The translations under genes were made by a program, and so were the position numbers. From Anaerolineae bacterium (GTDB lineage Bacteria > Chloroflexota > Anaerolineae > Anaerolineales > Villigracilaceae): 55,254 nucleotides of DNA. Position 1 is the first letter of the stretch; each line of letters starts with the position of its first letter. Below, piece after piece: positions 19,439 through 29,740 of this stretch. The notes under the pieces were generated by a model that made no database searches, was not told the DNA's origin, and worked only from the letters and a program-made list of their open reading frames with translations. The stretch lies in NCBI GenBank assembly GCA_041487615.1, contig JBGPNQ010000001.1, positions 1-55,254 of the forward strand, given 5' to 3'.

Positions 19439-20146
19439 ATGGGACTTTCCGATTTACATATTCATACAGTTTTCAGCTACGACGGAACAGCTTCTGTTCC
19501 TGCCGTCTTAACACGCGCGCGGCAGATCGGTCTTGATGTGATCGCGATCACAGACCACGATGAGATCAACGGCTCGCTCAGAGCGTTGCAGCTTGCTCCC
19601 ACCTATGGCATTGAAGTCATCCCAGGCATTGAAATCACCACTGAAGAAGGCGATTTGCTTGCCTTCAATATCATGGAAAAGGTCGAACGCGGTTTGCCAC
19701 TCATCGATACCGTGCTCAGAGTGGGCAAACTGGGCGGTTTTTGTATTGCGCCACATCCCATAGCCGGCGGGTTTGGAATGAAAAGTTTGAGTGCCTATTC
19801 GATCATGAGTGCCCTTCGCCATCGTGAGGTGGCTGAAATCCTGCTCGGTATTGAAACCTACAATGCCACGACAATTGACAAGTCAGGGAATCATTACGCT
19901 CATATTCTTGGCGAGCATTTGAACATTGCAAAGCTGGGCAATAGCGATGCTCACATCGTGAAAACCATCGGACTGGGAATGACGGGATTCGCAGGGCATA
20001 CTGCAAAGGATCTGCTCAGGGCGATCCGCAAAAGAGGAACGACCGTTCTCAAGAAGAAGGAATGGAATTCAATGCGCATTCTCGGAAGCTGGGCAGCAAA
20101 TTACGTGGGTAGCGCATTCACGCGTTTTGTCAACGCTGCCTTATAA
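19439..20146 (+). CDS. PHP-domain phosphoesterase
   Basis: DLHIHT..SYDG, AITDHD, IPGIEITT, APHP, GNSDAH; SD GGAG before ATG 19439. Confidence 0.88.
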   Translation: MGLSDLHIHTVFSYDGTASVPAVLTRARQIGLDVIAITDHDEINGSLRALQLAPTYGIEVIPGIEITTEEGDLLAFNIMEKVERGLPLIDTVLRVGKLGGFCIAPHPIAGGFGMKSLSAYSIMSALRHREVAEILLGIETYNATTIDKSGNHYAHILGEHLNIAKLGNSDAHIVKTIGLGMTGFAGHTAKDLLRAIRKRGTTVLKKKEWNSMRILGSWAANYVGSAFTRFVNAAL

Positions 20147-20224
20147 CGAAGATTGAATGCTGCAATCAATCATTATCGCACTCATTGTTTTATTTTTTGC
20201 AGCGATGTTCATAGGAGAATAACC

Positions 20225-20326
20225 ATGGAAACAGTATTTTTACTCATGACAGGCAGCCTATTGGCTGTCTTTACGATGGATACACTTCAGAAGCGGCGAA
20301 AATTTCTGAACGAAGGCAGGTCATGA
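20225..20326 (+). CDS. Unannotated 33-aa single-TM peptide
   Basis: SD AGGAG; METVFLLMTGSLLAVFTMDTLQKRRKFLNEGRS*; stop overlaps the surE start (ATGA). Confidence 0.75.
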   Translation: METVFLLMTGSLLAVFTMDTLQKRRKFLNEGRS

Positions 20327-21159
20327 CAAAACACATTCTTGTCACCAATGACGATGGTGCGAACGCGCCCGGTTTGTTCGCACTCGTGCAGGAAATGCGG
20401 AAGCTGGGAAGCGTCACTGTGCTCGCGCCCGACCGAAACTGGTCCGGCGGTGGACATGTCAAAACCCTGGACCGGGCGCTGCGCGTCAAGGAGGTCCTGC
20501 TTGCAGATGGCACGCCGGCCTTTGCCAGTGATGGCGCTCCATCCGATTGTGTGGCGCTTGCCACGCTGGGCTATTTCAAGGAACCCATTGATCTGGTCGT
20601 CTCTGGAATTAATGCGGGTGCAAATCTTGGGCATGATGTCACGTATTCAGGAACCGTGACCGCAGCCATGGAAGCTGTGATCGCAGGGATTCCCGGTATC
20701 GCCGTTTCGCTGGAAACCACCGACAACTACGTCGGAGAGATCGACTACGGAGCCGCGGCGCGCGCCGCCTCGAAGATCGTTCGTCAGGTGATCGAGAACG
20801 GTCTTTCTCAAGAAATCCTGCTCAACGTGAATGTGCCCTTTCTCTCCGACGAAAAGATTCGCGGCATCGTCCTCACCCGTCAGGGATTGCGCGTCTACCA
20901 CAGCCGCCTCGATGAACGCATCGATCCGCGTGGAAAACCTTATTACTGGATCGGCGGTGACGCGCCAACGGGCGTCCCGGAACGCGGTACTGACGTGGGC
21001 GCGCTTGCCGAAGGTTTTGTCTCGGTCACACCACTTCAACTCGACCTCACCGCCTATCGCGCCCTGACGGATCTCAACACATGGCAATGGGAAGAGTCCG
21101 TGTATGAAAAAGGATTGCTGGAAACAGAAAAGAGGTTAACTTTGTTCCGCAGTGATTGA
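20323..21159 (+). CDS. surE: 5'/3'-nucleotidase SurE
   Basis: ILVTNDDG, DLVVSGINAGANLG..VTYSGTVTAAME, VSVTPL. Confidence 0.95.
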   Translation: MTKHILVTNDDGANAPGLFALVQEMRKLGSVTVLAPDRNWSGGGHVKTLDRALRVKEVLLADGTPAFASDGAPSDCVALATLGYFKEPIDLVVSGINAGANLGHDVTYSGTVTAAMEAVIAGIPGIAVSLETTDNYVGEIDYGAAARAASKIVRQVIENGLSQEILLNVNVPFLSDEKIRGIVLTRQGLRVYHSRLDERIDPRGKPYYWIGGDAPTGVPERGTDVGALAEGFVSVTPLQLDLTAYRALTDLNTWQWEESVYEKGLLETEKRLTLFRSD

Positions 21160-21204
21160 GTTTTCTGCTTGTTTGCCGGTATATATTTTTTGAAATGCAC
21201 CAAT

Positions 21205-21341
21205 TTCAGTAAATCACGATTCTCATGTCACTCTGAGCAAGCGTTCGTTGCGAGCGAAGAGTCTCGGCGCAAATTACGGGAGATTCTTCGTCGCCAGGAG
21301 AATACTGGCTCCTCAGAATGACAAACCTGTGATTTACTGAA
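21205..21341. repeat. TGTCA...TGACA palindromic repeat with outer TTCAGTAAATCAC/GTGATTTACTGAA arms
   Basis: Nested inverted repeats read directly from the sequence. Confidence 0.75.
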
Positions 21342-21348
21342 TTTACCT

Positions 21349-21386
21349 TTAACTCAAATATTACATCTTGTTAAACGCTTGTTAAT
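21349..21386 (+). promoter_or_regulatory. Pho-box-like array upstream of arsC
   Basis: TTAAC 21349, ATTAC 21360, TTAAA 21371, TTAAT 21382 (11-bp period). Confidence 0.65.
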
Positions 21387-21431
21387 GGTGGAAAATCATA
21401 ATATGCTGAAATCCATCTCTGGAAGGTATAT

Positions 21432-21857
21432 GTGAGCACACAACGAGTCTTATTTCTATGTACGGGCAATTCCGCGCGCAGTCAAATGGCAGAAGCCTTT
21501 CTCCGCAAATATGCAGGGGACGCATTTGAGCCGCATAGCGCAGGGTTGGAGCCCAAGAGCGTCAATCCGCTGACGGTCCAGGTGATGCAGGAAGTTGGCA
21601 TCGATATTTCCAGTCAGCAATCCAAGGGCATCGATACTTATCTTGGGAAGGTACTCTTTCAGTATTTGATCACGGTCTGTGATGACGCGGACAGGAACTG
21701 TCCCACCGTCTGGCCCGGAGTGAACACCCGAATGCACTGGTCGTTCGAAGATCCGGCGAAGTTCGAAGGTACGCAGGAGGAAAAACTTGCCAAATTCCGC
21801 GAAGTGCGTGATTTGATCGAAGCAAAGATCAAATCATGGGTGGCGGAACAATCGTGA
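21432..21857 (+). CDS. arsC: Thioredoxin-type arsenate reductase (LMW-PTP fold)
   Basis: CTGNSARSQMAE, ITVCDDADRNCP, HWSFEDP. Confidence 0.9.
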   Translation: MSTQRVLFLCTGNSARSQMAEAFLRKYAGDAFEPHSAGLEPKSVNPLTVQVMQEVGIDISSQQSKGIDTYLGKVLFQYLITVCDDADRNCPTVWPGVNTRMHWSFEDPAKFEGTQEEKLAKFREVRDLIEAKIKSWVAEQS

Positions 21858-21906
21858 TGTTTATCATGGTGATTCGATGACGCTGGTCTTTGACCAGCGT
21901 TTTCCT

Positions 21907-21940
21907 TTGACCTATACTATATTCAGTATTTTGAATATAG
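21907..21940 (+). promoter_or_regulatory. arsR promoter with putative ArsR operator
   Basis: TTGACC at 21907; inverted repeat CTATATTCA-N6-TGAATATAG at 21917..21940. Confidence 0.65.
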
Positions 21941-21950
21941 GTTGCAACCC

Positions 21951-22337
21951 ATGAAAAGCCCATACGAAACCCAGAGCGATTTTCTAAAAACCATTTCACA
22001 TTCCACACGCCTCGCCATTCTGGGTATTCTGCGGGATGGCGAGCAGTGTGTTTGCCATATGGAAGCCATGTTAAAGCTGCGGCAGGCATATATTTCTCAG
22101 CAGCTGATGATCCTGAAACAGGCGGGATTGTTGGATTCCCGACGCGATGGATTGAACTTGTACTATCGTGTTGTAAAGCCCGAAGTATTCAACGTGCTGG
22201 ATATATTGAGTTCTGTAACTGGCGTTTCCGCGAAACCTCCCAAACATAAACATGCCAGAACAGCTTGTCCCTGCCCAAAGTGCAATGCCAAAACTAACAG
22301 CGAGATTCCACAAGCTTTGAAAGTGCTGACAACATGA
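21951..22337 (+). CDS. arsR: ArsR/SmtB family repressor
   Basis: RLAILGIL, QCVCH, ISQQLMILKQAGL..RRDG..YY; C-terminal CPCPKC. Confidence 0.88.
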   Translation: MKSPYETQSDFLKTISHSTRLAILGILRDGEQCVCHMEAMLKLRQAYISQQLMILKQAGLLDSRRDGLNLYYRVVKPEVFNVLDILSSVTGVSAKPPKHKHARTACPCPKCNAKTNSEIPQALKVLTT

Positions 22338-23374
22338 GCATAATTTCCACATCTGCCCGTTCAGCAAAGCAGTCAGGTCTTGTAATTGCTCTTCTCGTAC
22401 TTGGCTGGCTTGCCGCATACAACCTGATCCAGCCGTTGGCAAATTGGATTTCTTATTCAGCGCTGCAACTGCCCAATGATTCGCGCCTGGGCGAGTCGCT
22501 GGCATTCTTTTTGTATGATGTGCCAAAGATCCTGCTTTTGCTGTCAGGAATGATCTTTGTTATTTCCATCATTCGTTCCTTCTTTAGTCCGGAACGAACA
22601 CGCGCGCTTCTCGGTGGAAAGAGCGAAGGTGCAGGCAATGTGCTGGCTGCCATGCTCGGGATTGTTACACCGTTCTGTTCCTGTTCCGCCGTTCCACTTT
22701 TCATCGGCTTTGTGGAGGCAGGCATACCTCTTGGAGTCACGTTTTCGTTCCTGATTGCTGCGCCAACCATCAACGAAGTGGCAATTGTTATGCTGTTTGG
22801 TTTGTTCGGCTGGAAAGTAGCAGGACTTTATGTGCTTTCAGGATTAGCCATTGCCATACTCGCAGGCTGGATGATTGGCAGACTTAAGATGGAAAGATAT
22901 GTTGAAGATTTTGTTTGGAAAGTTCATCGAACAGCGAATCTGAAGGAGGAGAAATTAACCTGGCAGGATCGCATCTCGCAGGCAGGAATATCTGTCAAGG
23001 AGATTGTCAGCAAAGTATGGCTTTATGTTGTGATTGGAATTGCCATCGGTGCCGGCATTCATGGCTATGTGCCCAATGCCGCGTTGGCAAGCATCATGGG
23101 AAAGCAAGCCTGGTGGTCCGTCCCTGCAGCAGTCGTTTTGGGAATCCCGCTTTATTCCAACGCGGCAGGAATGATACCTATTGTTAGCGCATTGCTTGAA
23201 AAGGGTGCTTCGCTTGGAACGGCGCTAGCCTTCATGATGTCGGTCATTGGGCTGAGCCTGCCCGAAGCAGTCATCTTACGGCGCGTCCTGAAATTACCTT
23301 TGCTTATCACTTTCTTTTTGGTCATCGCGGTCGCAATTATGTTGACAGGTTATTTGTTCAATTGGATTCTATAG
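22334..23374 (+). CDS. arsP: ArsP/DUF318 family permease
   Basis: TPFCSCSAVPLF, GIPLGVTFSFLIAAP, GLSLPE. Confidence 0.85.
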   Translation: MSIISTSARSAKQSGLVIALLVLGWLAAYNLIQPLANWISYSALQLPNDSRLGESLAFFLYDVPKILLLLSGMIFVISIIRSFFSPERTRALLGGKSEGAGNVLAAMLGIVTPFCSCSAVPLFIGFVEAGIPLGVTFSFLIAAPTINEVAIVMLFGLFGWKVAGLYVLSGLAIAILAGWMIGRLKMERYVEDFVWKVHRTANLKEEKLTWQDRISQAGISVKEIVSKVWLYVVIGIAIGAGIHGYVPNAALASIMGKQAWWSVPAAVVLGIPLYSNAAGMIPIVSALLEKGASLGTALAFMMSVIGLSLPEAVILRRVLKLPLLITFFLVIAVAIMLTGYLFNWIL

Positions 23375-23384
23375 GAGGAACCAA

Positions 23385-23636
23385 ATGCTTAAGATCAAAG
23401 TTCTCGGTCCTGGTTGTGATAACTGCAAGCGGCTGGCATGGCTGGCTGAACGCGTTGCCAATCATCTCAGCCTGGAGATACAGATTGAAAAAGTGACAGA
23501 TTATGTTGAGATCATGAAATATCCGCTTCTTTCCACCCCGGGACTGGTAGTCAATGAGAAATTAGTTGCATCGGGACGTGTTCCATCAGAGGCTGAAATC
23601 ACCACCTTCCTGACAAATGAAATGGAGAATGCTTAG
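23385..23636 (+). CDS. Small thioredoxin-family redox protein
   Basis: [12 protein letters not shown]...STPGLVVN...GRVP. Confidence 0.88.
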   Translation: MLKIKVLGPGCDNCKRLAWLAERVANHLSLEIQIEKVTDYVEIMKYPLLSTPGLVVNEKLVASGRVPSEAEITTFLTNEMENA

Positions 23637-23637
23637 T

Positions 23638-24708
23638 ATGGCTACTGCAAAATCAACTCCTATTGTCCTGCCTGTTGCCCGTCGCTTATCCTTCCTTGAC
23701 CGTTACCTGACCCTGTGGATTTTCCTTGCCATGGCGCTCGGTGTGGCAGTTGGTTTTCTCTTTTCCAGCGGAGTGAAGTCTTTCAATAATATATTTTCGA
23801 TTGGAACAACAAACATCCCAATTGCGATTGGCTTGATCCTGATGATGTTCCCGCCTTTTGCAAAAGTCCGCTATGAAGAATTGGGGGATGTATTCCGCAA
23901 TTGGAAAATCCTTGCTCTTTCGCTGGTGCAAAATTGGATCGTGGGTCCCATTTTGATGTTTGTGCTGGCGATCCTGTTTCTGCGTGGTTACCCCGAATAT
24001 ATGGCAGGGCTGATTCTGATCGGTCTGGCGCGCTGCATTGCGATGGTCATCGTGTGGAACGAACTGGCGCATGGCGATACGGAATATGCCGCGGGTCTGG
24101 TCGCTTTCAACAGTGTATTTCAGGTGCTGTTCTATAGCGTGTATGCCTACGTCTTCATCACCATCCTGCCAACGTGGTTTGGAATGAAGGGAGCCATCGT
24201 GGCAATTACCATTGGCGAAATTGCAAGGAGTGTGTTTATTTATCTCGGCGTCCCGTTCCTGGCTGGCTTCTTTACGCGTCTCGTCCTGGTTAGACTCAAA
24301 GGCAAAGAGTGGTATCACACGCAATTTGTCCCCAAGGTCAGCCCGCTTACATTGATGGCCTTGTTGTTCACCATTATTGTGATGTTCAGCCTGAAGGGTG
24401 AATACATTGTCCAATTGCCGCTCGACGTGCTGCGAATTGCCATCCCATTGTTGATCTACTTTGTGCTTATGTTCCTGGTCAGTTTTATGATGGGGAAAGT
24501 AGTCGGTGCGGATTATTCCAAAACAGCCACCTTGTCTTTTACTGCCGCAAGCAACAACTTTGAACTGGCAATTGCCGTTGCCGTGGCAGTATTCGGGATC
24601 TCATCGGGACAAGCCTTTGCAGCAGTCATCGGCCCGCTTGTGGAAGTGCCCGTTATGATCGGGTTGGTCAACGTGGCTTTCTGGTTCCAGAAACATTACT
24701 ATGCGTGA
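23638..24708 (+). CDS. acr3: Acr3 arsenite efflux transporter
   Basis: [43 protein letters not shown]. Confidence 0.95.
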   Translation: MATAKSTPIVLPVARRLSFLDRYLTLWIFLAMALGVAVGFLFSSGVKSFNNIFSIGTTNIPIAIGLILMMFPPFAKVRYEELGDVFRNWKILALSLVQNWIVGPILMFVLAILFLRGYPEYMAGLILIGLARCIAMVIVWNELAHGDTEYAAGLVAFNSVFQVLFYSVYAYVFITILPTWFGMKGAIVAITIGEIARSVFIYLGVPFLAGFFTRLVLVRLKGKEWYHTQFVPKVSPLTLMALLFTIIVMFSLKGEYIVQLPLDVLRIAIPLLIYFVLMFLVSFMMGKVVGADYSKTATLSFTAASNNFELAIAVAVAVFGISSGQAFAAVIGPLVEVPVMIGLVNVAFWFQKHYYA

Positions 24709-24735
24709 TTAATGCCAGGATTGAAAACGATTGCA

Positions 24736-24766
24736 AAAAGGCTGAGTTTTGATACTCAGCCTTTTT
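24736..24766 (+). terminator. Terminator of the ars operon
   Basis: AAAAGGCTGAGT-loop-ACTCAGCCTTTTT. Confidence 0.8.
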
Positions 24767-24767
24767 C

Positions 24768-24805
24768 TTAACAAGATGTTAACCTGTTCTTCTCCTGTCC
24801 TTAAA
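24768..24805 (+). promoter_or_regulatory. Pho-box-like array upstream of pstS1
   Basis: TTAAC 24768, TTAAC 24779, TTCTC 24790, TTAAA 24801; TTAACAAGAnnTTAAC core identical to the phoP site. Confidence 0.75.
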
Positions 24806-24852
24806 ACCGGGTTGATAAGATTTCAAAGTATAAGAACAAGGAGAAAATAGAA

Positions 24853-26055
24853 ATGACCAAATTTGTTCGCCGATTCATGTTCGTACTCGTTGCATTGAGC
24901 TTCGCGCTCGCCGCGTGCGGTACACCCGCGACACCTCAGACGATCACCGAGGTGCAAACCCAGATTGTGAACCAGGTTATTACGGCCACACCTGATATGT
25001 CACAGCCCACACCGCTTCCCGCCGGTTCCGTTCAGATTAACGGCGCCGGTGCGACCTTCCCGCTGCCCATCTACACCGAATGGACCTATGCCTATTCCTA
25101 CGTTGATCCTGCAGTGGTGATCAACTACCAGGGCATTGGTTCCGGCGGCGGCAAGAAAGCCATCGTGGATGGGACCGTTGACTTCGCTGGTTCAGATTCC
25201 CTTCTGAAGCAGGAAGAATATGATGCCGGCAAAGACCTGCAAATGTATCCCATGGTTGCAAGCGCAGTCGTTCCGATCTACAACATTGCGTGGGCAAAAG
25301 AAGTTCCTGCCGATGTAAAACTGCCCAAGCTCGTTCTTGACCGCCAGACCCTCGTTGACATTTATAACGGCAAAGTCAACAAATGGAACGATCCTGCCAT
25401 TGTTGCTCTCAATTCGGAACTCAAAGATTATCTGCCCGATGCCGGTATTACGGTGGCTCACCGCTCCGATGGCTCCGGCACCACCGAAATCTTCACCAAG
25501 TCATTGACTGCTTTCAGCACCGACTGGATTGCCGGTGGTGCCTCCGCAATTGAATGGCCCGTCGATCAGGCTGGCAATGGAGTAGGCGGTAAAGGGAATC
25601 AGGGTGTAGCGGCTGCTGTCATCAACACGCCAAATTCAATTGGCTACACTGAAATTTCCTTCGCTGTATCGAACGGTCTGACCTTTGCCGATTTGATCAA
25701 CAAGGCTGGTAGCAAAGTGACGGCCAACGCAGAGAGCATTGCCTCTGCCATTAGCACATTTGGCCCTGGAGCTTTTGACGACAAGCTTACCGCTACAATC
25801 GTTGACGGTACAGGCGCTGGTAACTGGCCAATCGTTGGTTATAGTTACCTCATCCTGCACACCACCAGCATGACAGATTGCACCAAGGCTGAGAAACTGC
25901 TCGACTACATCAACTGGACCCTTACAGATTCATCTGCTGCAGATCGCGCCGGCAAATTGGGCTACGCAGTTCTGCCCGGTCAAGTCCGTGATGCGGTAAT
26001 CGCCAAACTAGGCGAAGTGACCTGCAACGGTAAGCCGGCGATGAACAATCAATAA
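24853..26055 (+). CDS. pstS: Phosphate ABC transporter substrate-binding lipoprotein
   Basis: LAAC lipobox; GAGATFP, GSGGG, DFAGSD, RSDGSGTT. Confidence 0.95.
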   Translation: MTKFVRRFMFVLVALSFALAACGTPATPQTITEVQTQIVNQVITATPDMSQPTPLPAGSVQINGAGATFPLPIYTEWTYAYSYVDPAVVINYQGIGSGGGKKAIVDGTVDFAGSDSLLKQEEYDAGKDLQMYPMVASAVVPIYNIAWAKEVPADVKLPKLVLDRQTLVDIYNGKVNKWNDPAIVALNSELKDYLPDAGITVAHRSDGSGTTEIFTKSLTAFSTDWIAGGASAIEWPVDQAGNGVGGKGNQGVAAAVINTPNSIGYTEISFAVSNGLTFADLINKAGSKVTANAESIASAISTFGPGAFDDKLTATIVDGTGAGNWPIVGYSYLILHTTSMTDCTKAEKLLDYINWTLTDSSAADRAGKLGYAVLPGQVRDAVIAKLGEVTCNGKPAMNNQ

Positions 26056-26195
26056 CTCGCTTTCTTCCTTTAGTCCCTGGAGGGTCTTACAACAACGTGA
26101 GACCCTCCAAATCCCGTTTATTCCCTGCGAACGACATCCCTTTCTTCACTCTGTCGGGACTACAGAATGGATGAAGGGATCTTGTCTGCCGGGGT

Positions 26196-27215
26196 ATGGG
26201 AAACAACATGACAAAATATATTCAGCCTCTTCCTGAAACGCACTGGCTTACACGCTGGCGTCGTGCGATTTTTCACGGCGACCTGCCCTGGAAATGGCTC
26301 ATCATCGCCGCATCCATTCTTGTAATGGTACTCATATTTGCTGTCGCCGAGATGCTCTGGCGCGAATCAGCCGACGCCCGAACCGCTTTTGGCTTCGGCT
26401 TTCTAACCCCTACCAAAACTCCAAATTGGGATCCGGTCAACGATAAATTTCAATCCTGGCCCTTTATTTATGGAACATTGCTCACATCCCTGGCCGCGAT
26501 TGTCTTTGCACTCCCCATCAGCGTTGGCATCGCGATCTTCATGTCTGAACTTTGTCCTGAATGGCTCCGGCTTCCATTGAACTGGCTCGTTGAACTTCTC
26601 GCCGCGATCCCGAGTGTTGTCTACGGGCTGTGGGGCATCTTCGTTTTTTTGCCGCTCGTTGTAGCGCCGATTGCTCAAGGTTTGTTATATTCTCTCGGAG
26701 CAATACCGGGCATAGGATCCCTGTTTGCGGGACCCGTGCCCGTCAGCGGTGCATCCCGTCTGGGCGCAGCATTGATCCTCACGATCATGATCACCCCTAC
26801 GATCACGGCTGTCACGCGAGACGTTTTGCTTGCCATCCCAAATAATCAACGCGAGGCATCCATGGCATTGGGTTCCACGCAATGGGAAAGCATTTGGAAG
26901 GTTCTCCTGCCTTATGGACTCTCAGGCATCCTCGGCGCGGTCATTCTCGGGTTAGGACGTGCACTCGGTGAAACAATGGCTGTTACGATGGTGATCGGTA
27001 ATTCGATCGAAGGTACTGCCTCATTGTTGAGGCCCGGATATACCATGGCAAGCATTATTGCAAATGAATTCGCCGAAGCGGTAACAAAACTGCACTCACA
27101 GTCTCTGATCGAGATTGGGCTGGTGCTCTTTTTCCTAACCTTGATCCTGAATATGATCGCCCGATTTTTAGTGTGGATCGTTGCCCGAAAAACACCCCAG
27201 GAGGCACGCGCATGA
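26196..27215 (+). CDS. pstC: Phosphate ABC permease PstC
   Basis: ELLAAIPSVVYGLWG, GRALGETMAV; alternative start at 26208. Confidence 0.93.
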   Translation: MGNNMTKYIQPLPETHWLTRWRRAIFHGDLPWKWLIIAASILVMVLIFAVAEMLWRESADARTAFGFGFLTPTKTPNWDPVNDKFQSWPFIYGTLLTSLAAIVFALPISVGIAIFMSELCPEWLRLPLNWLVELLAAIPSVVYGLWGIFVFLPLVVAPIAQGLLYSLGAIPGIGSLFAGPVPVSGASRLGAALILTIMITPTITAVTRDVLLAIPNNQREASMALGSTQWESIWKVLLPYGLSGILGAVILGLGRALGETMAVTMVIGNSIEGTASLLRPGYTMASIIANEFAEAVTKLHSQSLIEIGLVLFFLTLILNMIARFLVWIVARKTPQEARA

Positions 27216-28177
27216 CCACTACATCCAGTACCATTACCCGTTTCCAGCAGTTGATCGAGAAAAACCAGGCCGCTGTGTCCTCGCGTCGCAAAGCGACCAA
27301 CATGATCATGCTTTCAATCACTGGACTGATGACGCTTTTGGCGCTTGTCCCGTTGTTCTGGATTGTTGGCTACGTGATTTATAAAGGCGGTCAATACCTC
27401 AACCTAGATTTCTTCATCCATACGCCTCGTCCGCTGGGAATGGAAGGGGGAGGTGTCCTGAACGCAATCGAAGGCACACTCATAATCTCCGGCCTGGCAT
27501 CCTTGATTGCAATTCCTCCCGGTGTACTTGCCGCATTCTATGCCGCGAATAACTCCGATACTCCTCTGGGTACCGCTTTACGTTTCAGCACAGACGTGCT
27601 TTCTGGTGTGCCATCTATCGTGATAGGCTTGTTTGTGTATGCCCTTCTCGTCAAACCGATGGGACATTTCTCCGGTTTCGCGGGGGCTGTGGCAATGGCG
27701 ATCCTTATGTTACCAACGATCATCCGCACGACAGAAGAGATGCTCAAACTCGTCCCGCACACCCTGCGTGAAGCATCGTTGGGGCTCGGCGCGCCTGAAT
27801 GGCGGACATCCATTAGTGTCGTTTTGCCTGCGGCCATGAGCGGCGTTGCCACAGGCATTTTGCTTTCGATCGCGAGGGCGGCCGGTGAAACTGCCCCTTT
27901 GCTGTTCACGGCCCTGGGCAATGAACGATATGATTTTTTGCAGATCGTTCAAAGCGGTGTCGCGCAGAAACTGGGAATCTTTGAGATCATCAAACGAGTT
28001 TTTAACCAGCCGGTCGACTCGCTGCCCCTTACCCTCTGGAAATATGCGCAGCAGCCCTATCCCGAACGAATCCAGCAATCCTGGGCAGCGGCGCTTGTAT
28101 TGATGATCGTAATATTGCTGATCAATATTTTTGCCCGTTTGTGGGTCGAAAATCGCAAACGCCGTTTGCAGGGATAA
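27212..28177 (+). CDS. pstA: Phosphate ABC permease PstA
   Basis: GVPSIVIG, REASLGLGA, RAAGETAPL; ATGA overlap with pstC. Confidence 0.93.
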   Translation: MTTTSSTITRFQQLIEKNQAAVSSRRKATNMIMLSITGLMTLLALVPLFWIVGYVIYKGGQYLNLDFFIHTPRPLGMEGGGVLNAIEGTLIISGLASLIAIPPGVLAAFYAANNSDTPLGTALRFSTDVLSGVPSIVIGLFVYALLVKPMGHFSGFAGAVAMAILMLPTIIRTTEEMLKLVPHTLREASLGLGAPEWRTSISVVLPAAMSGVATGILLSIARAAGETAPLLFTALGNERYDFLQIVQSGVAQKLGIFEIIKRVFNQPVDSLPLTLWKYAQQPYPERIQQSWAAALVLMIVILLINIFARLWVENRKRRLQG

Positions 28178-28180
28178 AAA

Positions 28181-29005
28181 ATGGTTACAAAAATCGAAAT
28201 TCAAACTTCGGATAAAAATGCCACACCTTCCAGGAATAAAATGGAGGTCAGGAATCTGGCTGTTTTCTATGGCAAATTCCGTGCTGTCACAGAAATCAAT
28301 ATGGATATTCAGGAAAATAAAATTACAGCCATCATCGGTCCTTCGGGGTGCGGCAAATCAACGTTACTGCGATCCTTCAACCGCATGAACGACCTGACTC
28401 CCACCGCTCGCGTGGAGGGAGACATCATTCTGGATGGGAGGAATATCAATACCGCAGGTGTGGATGTAGTGGATGTCCGCCGCCGAGTCGGAATGGTCTT
28501 CCAAAGACCGAATCCCTTCCCCAAAAGCATCTACGACAATGTTGCATACGGTCCGCGTCTATATGGTGTTCGACGCAAAAACGACCTGGATGACATCGTG
28601 GAAAAATCCCTCAAGCAAGCCGCATTATGGGAGGAAGTCAGGGATAAACTTCATCAGTCCGGGTTATCCATCTCGGGCGGGCAGCAGCAGCGTCTTTGCA
28701 TCGCTCGAGCTTTGGCTGTCGAACCGGAAATCATTCTGATGGACGAACCGGCCTCTGCCCTTGACCCAATCTCCACACTCAAGATCGAAGAGTTGATGCA
28801 GGAGCTCAAAAAAGAGTACACCATCGTCATCGTGACTCACAACATGCAACAAGCCGCCCGCGCTTCCGATTTCACCGCCATGATGATGCTCTCAAAGGAA
28901 GGTGAACGCTCGGGGACCGTGATCGAATTTGACGCTACGAAGCGCATCTTTACCATCCCCAAGGACAAACGCACCGAAGATTATGTCACCGGTCGTTTCG
29001 GTTAG
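28181..29005 (+). CDS. pstB: Phosphate ABC ATPase PstB (canonical)
   Basis: [46 protein letters not shown]. Confidence 0.96.
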   Translation: MVTKIEIQTSDKNATPSRNKMEVRNLAVFYGKFRAVTEINMDIQENKITAIIGPSGCGKSTLLRSFNRMNDLTPTARVEGDIILDGRNINTAGVDVVDVRRRVGMVFQRPNPFPKSIYDNVAYGPRLYGVRRKNDLDDIVEKSLKQAALWEEVRDKLHQSGLSISGGQQQRLCIARALAVEPEIILMDEPASALDPISTLKIEELMQELKKEYTIVIVTHNMQQAARASDFTAMMMLSKEGERSGTVIEFDATKRIFTIPKDKRTEDYVTGRFG

Positions 29006-29040
29006 TGGGTATAATCGCTGAATATCACCAAGAGGTATTT

Positions 29041-29736
29041 ATGGTACGGAAAACATTCGAGACAGAAATACAGCAAGTGAAGGATGACGTGCTGATCCTG
29101 GGAAGTATGGTGGAGAAGGCTTTGCTGGATTCTGTGGACGCCCTCAAGAAACGCGACATCAAAGCCGCACAGAAGTTGTTTTTGGAAGATAGAGAGATCA
29201 ACAAGAAACGCTTTGAGATCGAAAATCACCTGATGGTCCTGATTGCGACTCAACAACCCATGGCACACGACCTGCGCCTGCTTGCCTCCAGCATGGAGAT
29301 CATCTCTGAACTGGAACGTATGGGCGACTATGCCAAAGGTATTTCCAACATCAACATCCGCATGGGTGACACGCAGCTCCTCAAGCCCCTGATCGATGTG
29401 CCACGAATGGCACAGAAGGGCGTTGACATGCTGCATCGATCCCTGACCGCCTTTGTCAACGAAGATGTTGCAACCGCCCAGGCACTCCCCGTGGAAGACG
29501 ATGAAGTGGACGCGCTGTATAACCAGATCTACCGCGAACTGATGACGTTCGTCATCGCCGACCCAAAGACGATCGAACGTGCCAACTGGCTTCTCTGGGT
29601 GGCACATAACCTGGAACGATTTGCCGACCGCGTAACGAACATCTGTGAGCGGACCGTGTTTATCGCAACCGGTGAGATGGCCGAGATCAAGTCTACAGAC
29701 GATGAATTTTGGAAACAACAAAAACAGGAAGAGTGA
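29041..29736 (+). CDS. phoU: Phosphate signalling protein PhoU
   Basis: QQPMAHDLR, ELERMGDYA, DDEVD, LERFADRVTNICE. Confidence 0.95.
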   Translation: MVRKTFETEIQQVKDDVLILGSMVEKALLDSVDALKKRDIKAAQKLFLEDREINKKRFEIENHLMVLIATQQPMAHDLRLLASSMEIISELERMGDYAKGISNINIRMGDTQLLKPLIDVPRMAQKGVDMLHRSLTAFVNEDVATAQALPVEDDEVDALYNQIYRELMTFVIADPKTIERANWLLWVAHNLERFADRVTNICERTVFIATGEMAEIKSTDDEFWKQQKQEE

Positions 29737-29740
29737 AATA

